A DNA stretch of 64,000 nt. Origin: Eledone cirrhosa (Eukaryota). Shown piece after piece: positions 40,548 to 54,035 of this stretch. Below the pieces are notes generated by a model that saw only the letters and a program-made list of their open reading frames with translations, did no database searches and was not told where the DNA came from. The stretch spans positions 1 through 64,000 of the forward strand of contig CAXHJY010001576.1 in assembly GCA_964016885.1 (NCBI GenBank), written 5' to 3'. Every line of letters starts with the position of its first letter. The stretch's first letter is position 1. The position numbers and the translations under genes were made by a program.

Positions 40548-40586
40548 TGAACAAGTACTTTCATGCTTTCGCTATCTTCAGGTTCA
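40548..40586 (-). ncRNA. Complete minimal type I hammerhead ribozyme in a (TA)n insert (40433-40628)
   Basis: tgaac-CTGAAGA-tagc-gaaa-gcat-GAAA-gtac-TT-gttca. Stem I is 5/5 and stem III (agtact) is palindromic. Confidence 0.75.
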
Positions 40587-41316
40587 TATTCTGTGGCGAC
40601 TGTCAAGTTTGCAATTTTCAACTGAGAATATATATATATACATACATGCACACACACACATAATATATACATATATATCATACTATATATGATGAATCTG
40701 TCTAACAATTCTGTCTACCATCTCCATAACTGAAACAAACCAATTACCGCTCCCTCTGTAACAGACGATAATTTAACTGAACTTCTCTCTCCATCGGCTA
40801 TCACCGTATGAGCCTCCAATTGAACATGCCCTATATTATTACACCTTTGAGCAAAAAAAAACAACCTGGGGTTTTTTTGTCTTCTCTTCCTGTAAGTCAA
40901 AACAAACATCGTCTTTTCTCCCCCTTCTCTTTATTTCCCGCTGTATCTAGCCACCTCTCATTGTAATTATAAAGGAAGTTGTAACAATTGCTAGACAGTC
41001 ATGACACATCTCGACAAGACGATGGAACAGTGACAAGAATTTAAGTCTTTAACACATCATGTCAGTTAAAAACAAACAAAAAAACAAACAAAAAAAAACA
41101 ATAACCCAAGGTGAACATGCTGCAAATAACTGAAATGCGCAGACACGGCTTGTCTCTTTCTTTCTCTCGCACTCTCTCTCTCTCTCTCTCTCTGTCTCTC
41201 TGTCCCCACACACATATATATGTGCATATATATATGCGTGTGTGTTTGTGAGTGTTTGCATGTAACCACAATGCACACATAGCTTGTATATATATGTATG
41301 TATATATATACCTGCA

Positions 41317-41414
<98 letters not shown>

Positions 41415-42619
41415 TTATGTATATAACCGATAAAAAAAGAAGAAAAAAACAGTAGTAAATGCTAAAGGGATTTTTTCTCAGAAAAAACATTTATTAACAA
41501 AATAGGAATTTCTGTATTATTCGTACCGGTTTCAGATTATATTAAATTGATATTAATAAGAATAAGGGGAAAAGAATATAACATGTTTTACATACATATA
41601 TATAGAGAAAAGTTCACATTTTTGTCTGTACTTTTCTCTCTTAGTGTTGACCATAACTGTGTCACTATTAATAGTGGAAGTAGCAGGGAAGAATCAGTTC
41701 GTTCTGTTTAAGCTGTTGACCCGATGAAAGACCAACGTCCAATACATTCGGACATTGTTATTCCTTTTCCAATTTACAACTAGCATGAAACTGATGAGAC
41801 TTTGTGTAATTGCATCTCAGAGATTGTCTTTAATTTTTGGAATATATATGTATGTGTATATACATATATATATGAGGACTTTATTGTTAATCTTATATTT
41901 GTTATTTGTTTTTTTTACTCGTTCTTTTGTGTAAATTCCCCCCTTTGTATTTGTCCCCTTCTTTTGTGCCATCGTGGCAATAAATAGAAACACACACATA
42001 TATATATATATATGTGTGTGTGTATGTGTGCGTGTGCGTGTGTGTGTGATGGGATTCCGCATACCTTCTATCTACCAACTCTCACTCTCAAAGCATTAGT
42101 CAACTCGAGGCTAAATATAATGATAATTTCTAAATATGTAATGTAGTTGGACTGAACCCGAAACAACGTAGTTGTGAAGCGAACTGCTTTACCACAGAGC
42201 TATAAAACATAATTTGTATTAGTTTACTGGCACCGTTCGGCCGCAATATCATTTGTATTACTTTATTTATTGCTAACTTAATTAATGTCTTGATTATGTA
42301 GCCAACAATTATTTGGTTATAATCGACACTTTATAATTAACCTGAATAATCAACGAATCTCATCAGATAAAAAAGTTTCATTATTGCTTTAATTTGATCA
42401 AGAAATATTCCATCAACAAGTTTGTAGCTTGAGTGGAATACTATTAGCTTAAATTAACTTGTAATGAATGTTAGTTTAATTGCTACTAGATGTATATTAG
42501 TTGATTGAAACTAAGGTTTTAATATAGTTTTAATTGCATAACGACAGCGAATTACCAGAATCGTTAAAGCGTTCGTTTAAATCTCTAAATCTAAAGTCTG
42601 TCTCGAACCTGCGACCTCA

Positions 42620-42832
42620 TCAGTTTGGCGCTTATCCCGGTTCCCCTGGCGTTAAGTGACTGAGAGAACAAGACTCTTCCCTGGACAGGACGCCAGCCTG
42701 TCTATAACAGGGTTAAACCCCCAGCTATTGCTGGTATTCATTTTCAGCTGAGTATACTGGTGTAACGTAAAAGAAGACAACACCCACTACATTAGGATCG
42801 TAGGTTCAACAACCTTACCAGTAGGCCACGCG
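42620..42832 (-). mobile_element. SINE of a further family (CORE-like centre)
   Basis: ggtattcattttcagctgagtatactgg plus a tRNA-like end (ccagtaggccacgcgcc). Confidence 0.55.
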
Positions 42833-42969
42833 CCACCACGCCTGATTAAAATCCTCTGTATTTATTCCAGCTTTCTCTACTCTGAGTTGAAATACCACAG
42901 AAGTCAACTTCGCTTATCATACTTTCGGAGTCGATAAACAAATTATTAGTTCAGAGGAATGGAAGGGAA

Positions 42970-43089
42970 TATAATTGTTTCTACTTTAGGCACAAGGCCA
43001 GCAATTATCCCAGTGTATTACTGGTACTTTATTTTATCGACCCCGTAAGGATGAAAGACAAAGTTAACCTCGGCGGGATTTGAACTCAA
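42970..43089 (-). mobile_element. tRNA-derived SINE, 5'-truncated
   Basis: Tail to B-box; ggaatat repeated on both flanks. Confidence 0.88.
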
Positions 43090-44054
43090 TGGAATGGAAT
43101 ATATTAAACATCCATCAGTTTCGATAATGTGTGCTCCAGTGGTTCAATCAACGCAATAGCCTGTTGTGAAATTAACATGCCATTGGCTGAGCATTCTACA
43201 GCCACATGTACACTTAATATAATTTTCGGGGAGATTCAGTGTGTGACATGGCATGCCTGGCGGGATTCCAAACAGTTTCTCTCAACACAATTTCACTTAC
43301 AAGACTTAGATTGACTCAAAATGTCAAGTGGTGAGATCGAAACTGGGGCCTCATGATTACGAAGGAAATTTTAAGATATTCTATTATGCTGCGTCTACAA
43401 CAACAATCAATTATTTAAAGTCTATGAATAATATCGGAGTTAATATGGAGCCATCATCTTGTAGTAAAATGTAAGAAGGCAGTGAAGTGGGAAATGACAA
43501 TATGATAAGGTCTGGAACGTCTATGAAAAGATGAAAAGGCTACACAGAAAAAACAAACAATGACAGGCAAATAAACATCCCGCGTGTGAAAATTTTGAAG
43601 ACGACGAGTTTGTACAGAATAGACAAAGAGAACACAGAGAAAATAGAAGCATCCCGGCATAAAACTCTCACAGACAGAGAGAGAGATGAAACAATGCTAC
43701 AAACTCTCACTGAAACATTCATCAAATTACAACAAAACGCAATAGAGAAAAGCGGAAGAACCACTTTTAACATTGTCTCAAAGCTCCCAACTCAAACAAG
43801 GATGTTACCCACAGGCATTACTACAACAGTAACAAAAACAACCAACATACCAGACTCCAAGAAAATCAGATACAAAATATAGATTAACAATAATATAAAA
43901 ACTGTAGCGATAAACAAAAAATAAACAGCCTTAAGACACACACACACACAACACATACACACAGACACACAGAGACACACACAGACAAACACAAACGCAC
44001 ACATACACACACACATATATGTATGCATATATATATATATCGTCTCTTCTTGAG

Positions 44055-44950
44055 TCATCTCTCTATCGAAGGGGAAGCATGCACAAAGATCTTCTTCCAG
44101 ACTTCCTGATCCCTCATCACAGCAAGAATATCTCGTTCAGTGAGGTCAGTGTCCCCCACTAACAGAGCCCTGTTTGAATGTTGAACACCACAAGTAAGAT
44201 TTCTGTGTAGGACCCACCAAATCTTCTTTCTTGGGTGAATGAAACTGAGAGTTCAGGATTCTGAACCATATAGTAACATGGTTTCGACCGTAGTATTGAA
44301 GACTTTGCACTTCGAGATCTTGGGATGGGAACTTGACAGACTTCTTGTATTGAATTTATTGCACTCCATGCTTGATCAGTTCTGGTGTTCATGCCATGTT
44401 CAGAATTAGTATAACCACTTAGATATTTAAATTCTTGTGAACCTTCAGAAGGATGTAATGTACTGAGAGTGAATGGATTCAAATGCATGAATTTAGTTTT
44501 TGAAGCATTGAGAAACAAACCCACCTCTTGGCAGGCAGTCTCGACATGATGGAGGAAGTCCTGAACTGATTCGATAGTATCTTTCAGAAGAGCGATGCCA
44601 TCTCTATAGTTAAGATCAGGGAACACAATAGTTTGATGACGGTGACTCCGACAACTATTGATGGTTATACCGTCAGTATCTGTGATGGCAGTGCAAAGGG
44701 CGTAGTCCAAAGATATAAAAAGCAACAGAGCAAGTGGATCACCTTGCAAAACGCCTATATTGATCGTAAACATATTGTTTTTTCCTTCATGTGTAAGGAC
44801 AACAGCTGAGGTGTTCTCATACATGAGGAAATCTATCTGGCTAAGGAATGATCTTAGCCTGATAGATTTCATCATTTATCACAAACGTTGGCAGAATAGT
44901 ATCAGGGACTGCCAAGCCTTCTCCATATCAAATCCAGTAGGAAGTGTTCG
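44055..44950 (-). pseudogene. Decayed RTE-clade (RTE-X-like) LINE reverse transcriptase fragment
   Basis: GVLQGDPLALLLFISLDYAL, LNYRDGIALL (YADD motif decayed), VGLFLNASKTKFM, EFKYL; C-terminal DTDLTERDILAVMRDQEVW; frameshifts. Confidence 0.9.
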
Positions 44951-45444
44951 TTCATCGTTTACGTACTGCAACTATAAAACTCAGCTTTCGTGTTCCAAAA
45001 CCTTCTGAAACGAACCTATTCTGGCGTGGTGTTGAGCTGGCCTTAACCTCGCTGAGAGTATTGACAATGCCATATCTTCTCCGTTTGACACTCTTCCTTC
45101 TAACAAACAGGAATACATCAACTTTATCGATAAAATAAAGTACTAGTAATGCGCTGGGGTCGATTTAATTGACTTTACCTTTCCCCAAATTGCTGGCGTT
45201 GTGCCTATAGTAGAAATCATCATTATTGTTATTACCGGATGCCCTTGTGGCCAATGAAAGAAATCATCATTATTTTTATTATTGGTATTATTATTGCATC
45301 GAAATGATCTCGTTGAGATCAAAAGCAAAAAGAAAGACCTGTAGAAATAGTTAGGGCTATAAAAGAAAGTAAGACATTCATAGAGGAAATAGGAAAGCAA
45401 GGATAATAGATGCAAGCGGAAGGGGAAGAAAGAAACCACAACAG

Positions 45445-45733
45445 AGAGAGAGAGAGACAGAGGGGGGATAGAGGAAGAGGAGATATAAGAATGAGCAAAG
45501 GGAGGCAGATATATATATATAGAGAGAACTAACAGAGATTGGCACATATATATACGTATATATATATATATATATATATACACATGTGTGCAAAGAAAGG
45601 GAGAGACTGAGAGAGAGAGAGAGAGAGAGAGAGACGGAGGGGGGGGGGGGTAGAGGAAGAGGAGATATAAGAATGAGCAAAGGGAGGCAGATATATATAT
45701 AGAGAACTAACAGAGATTGGCATATATATATAC

Positions 45734-45811
<78 letters not shown>

Positions 45812-46046
45812 CGAAGGAAATGTGGTAAGGAACCAGGTGGACCATAACGCACCAAAGTACTCAATACTTGAGGTAGTAGAGTGGGTAATAGGAACCAGTA
45901 AGACCCCGACAGCTGAGCTCAAGCCGTTTCGACGGCTAATTCTGGACTGAATTAGCCGTCGAAACGGCTTGAGCTCAGCTGTCGGGGTCTTACTGGTTCC
46001 TATATATATATATATACATATGTGCAAAGAAAGGGAAATACTGAGC

Positions 46047-46060
<14 letters not shown>
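45445..46060 (+). repeat. ~180-bp tandem duplication; the second copy is interrupted by a family A insert
   Basis: tagaggaagaggagatataagaatgagcaaagggaggcag...(TA)n...tgtgcaaagaaaggga occurs twice. Confidence 0.9.
45810..46003 (-). mobile_element. Family A insert in (TA)n with perfect ~55-bp fold-back arm
   Basis: ataggaaccag...ggctaattc-tggact-gaattagcc...ctggttcctat. Confidence 0.9.
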
Positions 46061-46120
<60 letters not shown>

Positions 46121-46372
46121 TGGAGAGAGGGAGAGGAAGAGAAGGTAGAAGGAAGGATGAGGATAAGCAAAGAAGTGGAAGAGAAAGATGGAAAGTAGAG
46201 TGCGTTGGAAACTTGAAATAAGAAAGCGTAAAGATTTTTATATCAAAGATATTTCGGCTAACGAGCGTTGTGTCCATGAAAGTAAATTTATTCGGTGTTA
46301 TAGGGCGTAGTATTATTTCATCTTAGTTACTATTTTCACACCTTTTTTATATACCTACTTACATACACTCAC

Positions 46373-46373
<1 letters not shown>

Positions 46374-46403
<30 letters not shown>

Positions 46404-47546
46404 TGTATGTATGTATGTATGTATGTATGTATGTATGTATGTATGTATGTATGTATGTATGTATGTGTGTGTATGTGTGTATGTGTGTATGTATGTATGT
46501 ATGTATGTATGTATGTATGTATGTATGTGTGTGTGTGTGTATGTGTGTATGTATGTATGTATGTATGTATGTATGTATGTATGTATGTATGTATGTATGT
46601 GTGTGTGTGTGTATGTGTGTATGTATGTATGAATGTATGTATGTATGTATGTATGTATGTATGTATGTATGTATGTATGTATGTATGTGCTTATGTATGT
46701 ATGTATGTATGTGTGTATGTACTTATGTATGTATGTGCTTATGTATGTACGTATGTATGTTCTTATGTATGTATGTATGTATGTGTGTATGTATGTATAT
46801 ATGTATATATGTATATATGTATGTGTATGTATGTATGTATGTATGTATGTATGTGCTTATGTATGTATGTATGTGTGTATGTGCTTATGTATGTATGTGC
46901 TTATGTATGTATGTATGCATGTATGTGTGTGTTTGTGTGTATGTATGTGCGTATGTATGTATGTATGTATGTATGTATGTATGTATGTATGTATGTATGT
47001 ATGTATGTACGTATGAATGTATGTATGCATGCATATATGTTTGTGTTCGTATGTATGTATGTGCGTATGCATGTGTGTATGTATGTATGTATGTATGTAT
47101 GTATGTATGTATGTATGTATGTATGTATGCATGTATGTGGGCATGTATATATATGTATGTATGTGTGTATGCATATATGTATATATGTATATGTGTATGT
47201 ATATATGTATGTATGTGCGTATATACGTATGTGCGTATGTATGTATTTATATATATAGTATGGATATATACATGTGTGTATGTATGTATATATGTATGTG
47301 CGTATGTATGTATGTATGTATGTATGTATGTATGCATGTATGTATTTATGTATGTTGTATGTATGTATCTATGTATGTATGTATGTATGTATGTGTATAT
47401 GTATGCATGCATATATGTATGCATGTATGTATGTATGCATGCATTCATGTATGTATGGTATGTTTGTATGCATGTATATATGGTATGTTTGTATGCATGT
47501 ATGTATGTACGTATGTATGTACGTATGTATGTATGTATTTATGTAT
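46374..47546. repeat. 1.2-kb degenerate (TATG)n
   Basis: Direct reading. Confidence 0.97.
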
Positions 47547-47655
47547 AACATAGTATATGTTTATTTGACTATATTTCGTATTGAGTTCTATATCTGATAT
47601 TGTTTTACGAATGTATATCCTATACAAATATGATGCACAACTACAACATGATGAG

Positions 47656-47718
<63 letters not shown>

Positions 47719-47719
<1 letters not shown>

Positions 47720-47919
47720 GCTCTTCGTACTCCTGAAGATGAGGGTTGCACATTTTTTTCGGGGGTATGTGTTACCCATATGAAATGTCTCCCTCTATTG
47801 GGGAAAATCGACTAACTTTTAAATTCCATCTGTGATAACATTTTACACGTTTTTATTGTATGTAAACTTCCCCCTTTGTATTTGTCCCCTTCTTTTGTGC
47901 CCCTGTGGCTAATAAAGAA

Positions 47920-47920
<1 letters not shown>
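47719..47920 (+). mobile_element. Insert in (TATC)n with CTGAAGA and AATAAA; 3' part shared with ~41928-41990
   Basis: ccccctttgtatttgtccccttcttttgtgcc..gtggc.aataaa at both loci. Only a partial hammerhead motif is present. Confidence 0.55.
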
Positions 47921-47983
<63 letters not shown>

Positions 47984-48006
47984 CTCTCTCTATATATACA
48001 TATATA

Positions 48007-48273
<267 letters not shown>

Positions 48274-48740
48274 AGTGTATCTATATGCGTGTATGTGCGT
48301 ATGTGCATGTGCATGGTTTTACATATTTGTGGAGTTGTGGGGTGTATACCTTTGAAAGTGATTGCGTAGATACCTGAACACCTACTTATATATCTATATG
48401 AGACATCATAGGAAAGAGTAATTTCATAAAACCCCTAAAAGAAGTTTCTATCTTCTCTGTAGGTATATCTTATCAACCCATTATAGACAAACTAATAATT
48501 ATATATATATATATATATAAAAAAAAACTAAGTCCTATTCCAAAGATGTAATATGATATCAGAAAGAAATTATGGTCGTAACAGAATCAGAAGACGATAT
48601 CACCATTCCTCTCCATTGAAGTGTCTTCAGAGTTCAATGATTTCCAAACATCATGCAAGCCACTTCTTATATGATAATTCTGTTTCTCTCTTAACTTATC
48701 CATAGAATCCAAGAATACATAGCATATCTAACACCTCATC

Positions 48741-48780
<40 letters not shown>

Positions 48781-48943
48781 GATGGTGATGATGATGATGA
48801 TGGTGGTGGTGATGGTGGTGATGATGGCGGTGATAATGACAATGACGATGATGATGATGATGATGATGATGATCGTGATAATGGTGATGATGATGATGAT
48901 GATCGTGATAATGATGATGATGATGGCGGCGATGATGACAATA

Positions 48944-49128
48944 TCTTTTTCTACTTTTTGGCACAAGGCCAGCAATTATCCCAGTGTATTACTGGTACTT
49001 TTATTTTATCGACCCCGTAAGGATGAAAGGCAAAGTCAACCTCGGCGGGATTCGAACTCAGAATGGCAAGGGAGGTAACTCTATGCTGCAAAGCATGGCG
49101 TCCAACCCTCTACCGATACTGCCAATCC
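48944..49128 (-). mobile_element. tRNA-derived SINE, full length
   Basis: Family consensus. Confidence 0.9.
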
Positions 49129-49129
49129 A

Positions 49130-49857
49130 AATAATTGTTTCTACTTTTGGCACAAGGCCAGCAATTATACCAGTGTTTAGCAGTATTAGTTGTAGATGTT
49201 ATCGCCACTTTAGCAGGGTGGTAGAATCAGTGGTCGTTAGTTGCCAGTGTGGTAAGTGATAGTATCCTCGTTGGATTATATTGTCGACATAGACGTGAGG
49301 GAAGGTCCCTCGATCTATTTACCATCTATTTACAATATTCCTTTCGTCAGGTCGCCAATTCCAGCAGCATGGATTAAAGATGTTATTGAGACACGAGTAA
49401 AACAACGACTTCAACCGCAGTAATTAGAGATGCAATGTTTGTTTATTTATATGGTTGAAGTTACAGATAAAAAGAGGTTACAAAAGAGAATGTGCCATTG
49501 CGCCGTTAAGCCGCGAGGCTAGTGGTGCAATATCTCACTGTTACATTATGCGTGTTGCTGGCTCGAAGTTTCTGGTACAAGAGCGAGATTCTTCAAATCT
49601 TCGCGGTGAATTTCTTCCCCAGGGCGCGTAGGGATACATCCTCTTCTACTGGCGCTGATTGGCTGAACTGAGCCAAATCACGCACAGAGAATGTATGTGA
49701 GCCCGCGGAATGTAGGTCACTACAAGTGTATTACTGGTACTTTATTTTATCGACACCGTAAGGATGAAATTTAAAGTTTACCTCGGCGGGATTTGAACTC
49801 AGTCTGTAAAGGGCCGTAACTGTGCTGCAAAGATAGCGTCCGACCCTCTACCGATAC
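49130..49857 (-). mobile_element. tRNA-derived SINE split by a 549-bp insertion
   Basis: 49130-49175 and 49725-49857 rejoin to the consensus. Confidence 0.88.
49176..49724 (-). mobile_element. Probable solo LTR
   Basis: AGTG(T) duplicated on both sides. The minus strand begins TGTAGTGACC; the other end (tttag) is one change from tgtag. Internal atataaataaac on minus; CpG-rich. Confidence 0.65.
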
Positions 49858-49859
49858 TG

Positions 49860-50209
49860 CCAATCCAAATAATGATGATGAGAATGATGATGGCCGTGAT
49901 GATGATAGAAATGATGACAAGTATGATGATTATGGCGATGGTGTTGGCGATGATGATGATGATGTTTATGATCATGGTATCGATTATGGGGATAATTATT
50001 GTCACGGTAACGACGGTGATAATGGCGGTGATGGTGATGATCACCATGATGATGATGGTGATGGTGATGGTGATTGTTATGGTGTCGATGTTGAGGATGA
50101 TCATGACGATGGCGATGATGATGATGATGATGATGATCATCATCATTATGATGGTGATGGTGATGGTGATTGTTATGGTGCCGATGTTGAGGATGATCGT
50201 GACGATGGC

Positions 50210-50251
<42 letters not shown>

Positions 50252-50542
50252 CATTATGATGGTGATGGTGATGGTGATGGTGATTGTTATGGTGCCGATG
50301 TTGAGGATGATCATGACGATGGCGATGATGATGATGATCATCATCATCATGATCATTATGATGGTGGTGATAGTGATGGTGATTGTTATGGTGCCAATGT
50401 TGAGGATGATCATGATCATGATGATGCTGATGATCATCATTATGATGGTGATGGTGATTGTTATGGTGCCAATGTTGAGGATGATGATGATGATCATCAT
50501 TATGATGGTGATGGTGATGATCATGACAATGATGATGATGAA
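49860..50542. repeat. (GAT)n-derived repeat with 5 higher-order units (75-114 bp)
   Basis: gattgttatggtg at 50072, 50168, 50282, 50381 and 50456. Confidence 0.9.
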
Positions 50543-50789
50543 TGCGGTGAGATGGTTATCTTTAAGTTTATGTATTATCCTGTTGTTGTTTCTTTTTATC
50601 AGTCGGGCAGGAATTACGTTAAGAAAAATGTTTGGTTTCAGTCGAACGGTTGTGGAGATTCACGGTTATATAGAAATGTCTTTGTAATGCAATGCTAATG
50701 CTTCTTCATATTCTAAGCTCTTCAAAGCTCTTCATGCAACATAACCTTCAGCTAGTCAGCAATGTTTAATCTCTTTCATGATGATGGAA

Positions 50790-51615
50790 ATAATTATTTC
50801 TACTTTTGGCACAAGGCCTGTAATTATCCCAGTGCATTACTGGTACTTTATTTTATCGACCCCGTAAAGGATGAAACGCAAAGTGAACTTCGGCAGCATT
50901 TGAACTCAGTACGTAAAGGGTCATAACTCTATGCCGTAGAGCATGGTGTCTGACGCTCTACCGATGCTGCCAATAATACACCACCAATTTCGACACAATT
51001 TCGACACAATTTCGACACAATTTCGACACAATTTCGACAGCAATTTTTCGATTATGGGGAAAGTCGATAACATCTAAACCACAGTATTTTACTGGTACTT
51101 TATTTTATCGGCGTTGGAAAGATGAAAGGCAAAGTTGACCTTGACGGGATTTGAACAGGTACAAATACTGCTAAACGTCCGACGTTCTAACAACTATACT
51201 AATTCACCGTCCTTTCAGATTTAGGCACAAAAAGCCAGCAATTTTAGGGGAGGGGAAAGTCGATTAAATTGACTCCAGTGCGTGACTGGTGCTTTATTTT
51301 ATCAACCCCGTAAAGATGAAAGGCAAAGCTATCCTCGGCGGGATTTGAACTCAGACTGTAAAGGGCCATCACTCTATGCCGTAAAGCATATTGCCCGACA
51401 CTCTACCATTACTGCCAATCTAATATAGACATAATGCCCAAATGTTAAGGGTTGAAGGAACTGTCCATCATATCGACCCCTACACTTGCTTGCTACTTTA
51501 TTCTATCTAGCCTGGAAGGATAAAAGGTAAAATGGACAGCGATGAGATTTGAACTAAAAATCTAGAGGGCCGTAACTAAATATCGCGTGGCTTCTTGTCC
51601 GACGCTCTGACGATT
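50790..51615 (-). mobile_element. Four co-oriented SINE copies plus (aatttcgacac)x5
   Basis: Copies at ~50790-50975, 51038-51210, 51217-51421 and 51432-51615. Confidence 0.82.
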
Positions 51616-51854
51616 CAGAATAATTTTTCCTCTTCTGTTTAGCCAAGGATCAAACGTCGATACTCATGAAATTTTCTTGGGCTTCCGAGATTGATTAGCG
51701 GGATATAGAAATCTATCCTCAAACCCGAGACCTGGTTTGAATGCTTCCAACAGAAGAGATTTGACCAAGGCACTCAAGAATATACGAATGGTATTCTTAA
51801 TTACCTTTACCCCCAAACACACCCTCCTCCAACGACAAGATCCCATACCTCGTC

Positions 51855-52046
51855 AAATCGGACCGAGGAAACCATGTTACCATTGGTCTTTCCAGTTGCT
51901 AATACTATCTACCAGTTACAAATCCAGGAAGAAGGAGCAACGTGAAATAAAGTGTTTTGCTCAAGGACATAACGCATCACCCGGTCCGGGAAGTGAACTC
52001 ACAACCTCGCGATTGCAAATCCAATTCTCTAACCACTCAGCCACGC
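51855..52046 (-). mobile_element. CORE-like SINE fragment
   Basis: caacgtgaaataaagtgttttgctcaaggaca...taaccactcagccac, homologous to 63511-63617. Confidence 0.7.
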
Positions 52047-53815
52047 TAACTACATTTTTTATAGAAAAAAAAACAAAAAAAAAAACGTAAGCGATACAAA
52101 ATAACGTAAGCGATACAAAAAAACAAAATCAAAACAAAAACAAACGTAAGCGATACAAAATATTTAACAAAATAAGAAAGAAAAAAATTAACACTACATC
52201 CTCTTCCCTTTATATATTTCTACGGCTTTCTGAGGTTTACAAAGGAAGAGGATGACAAATAAAACAAAACAAAGTAATGTTTCAACATAATATTTCAGGG
52301 TTAAACCACCTTTTCCATCTGAAAAAACAATACAAGTCGAAAAATATTATAGTAAAAATAATTTTAAAAATGCCAATACGTAGTCCTAAAATATATGGCC
52401 AATTGGGTAAATTTTGAAGGAAGAATTATCGAAGTTGAAAGATGTGAATAGAAATTGCACATATAGCACCTACACAGCTTTTGGTGGCTTTTGAGATAAT
52501 TGCAAAGAGTAATTTCGTACACAGTCTTTCTCCCTGATAAAACATTAAAATAATATTCTAACCAGCTATGTAAACACAGAGAGCACGCAAGCACACGCAC
52601 ACACCGACACACGCACAGACACACATATACATACACACATATACATACAGATACTCATGCACACATATACATACACACATATACATACAGATACTCATGC
52701 ACACACCCAATTACAGTGAATTTTTTACACAATTGTTTCCTCATGTCAATAAAAGACGGACCGCTAAAAAGAATTATGGTTAATTATGTACATTCGTCTA
52801 TGGCAGAATCAAAACTCGTAACTTCTTTAGAATCAACAGCAGGTAGCACGTGCCAGCGAGGGAATATTTTTCTAGTCGCTCAACCTGCTAGAAATAGCAG
52901 CCAAGTATATGTCATATCACAAACGAGGACATAATACACTGGCCCCTGATGAAGTATTTCTGAATAAATGACGGGAGGATCAAGGATTGAACATCTTTGA
53001 TCATATGTTCAGGCTGGCTTGGAGCTGAATGGACAACGACGACAACGACAACAACAACAACAACGTCAACGACGATGACGACAACAACAACAACAACAAC
53101 AACAACACAAGAGCAGCAGCAGCAGTAGTCGTAGCAACGCCAACGCCAACAATAACAGAGGGAGCAAAATCTTTAAAACATTGTATACGACGTGGTTAAA
53201 CTAATATTCGGTAATTCCCCAGCGTGAATCTAATACAAAATTCGTTTAATAAACAGGAAGAGAGAACAAAAAAATGAAATAATGAGCAAAAGGGGAAGGA
53301 AGGGGCAGACTCTACAGCCCTAGATAGGTGGTATGTCTCAGTTGTTTTCTAAGAACAAGATAAGGAAAGCATTACTGCGGAGAACAGCCAACGATACGCG
53401 TGGCATTATCCAGTTGATTTCAAAATGATATACAAACTTTAGGAACTTTAAGAAGTGTTAGAAAGTGTGTGAGAAGTGTTTGACTATAAAGATACCACCA
53501 TCTATTATTATAATCTCATTTAGTCAACTGTTTCACTCGACTTATTACAGTTTTAGCAGGGATATTTTAGGAAAGAACACGACAAGTGAAATATGATAGT
53601 GTAATAATAACTCCACATTATATAGAATTATTTTTACAATAATAGTTTGTGTAGACATTTATGAGAGCTAGTGTGGTCGGATAATATGGTATAGCGATAT
53701 TCATGATTGTTAAAGCATTGCTGGAGTTGCAACCGGCATATAGTATTAGTAAAGGAAAGACCAAATGGGAGCATTGTTTCCTTGGTCCGATATATATATA
53801 TATATATATATATAT

Positions 53816-54035
53816 AAGTAAATATCTTTAAGTCGTTTGGAAGCCTCGACAATGCAAATGGGTAAATCTCCGGGTAACAAATATATATATTTATTAAAAT
53901 AACAGATTAAAGTTTAAGCAAAGAATCGCTGCTTTCACCCTTAACGGGATCTTCTGCATTGTCGAGGCTTCCAAACGACTTAAAGATATTTACTTATTGT
54001 TCCACAATGCTTCAAGCAAACTTCAATACTCTCTT
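53816..54035. mobile_element. Family C insert in (TA)n with 41-bp inverted arms and hammerhead core
   Basis: Arms 53816-53856 and 53955-53995. Minus strand (ca)GAAGA-t-ccc-gttaa-ggg-t-GAAA-gca...tgc-TT. Confidence 0.8.

Noticed and set aside
43586-43882. 98-aa ORF in an A-rich stretch
   Set aside because: No recognisable motif and a GTG start; possibly a retroelement remnant but unsupported.
46375-47627. MYVC-repeat ORFs (and YI/CV/HT ORFs throughout the window)
   Set aside because: Microsatellite translations.
47733-47800. Complete hammerhead in the (TATC)n insert
   Set aside because: CTGAAGA and a gaggg/ccctc stem are present, but no consistent GAAA, stem III and stem I could be assembled.
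49799-50687. Met-rich ORF as a reflectin-like protein
   Set aside because: Pure (GAT)n-derived repeat lacking reflectin motifs and Tyr/Arg/Trp content.
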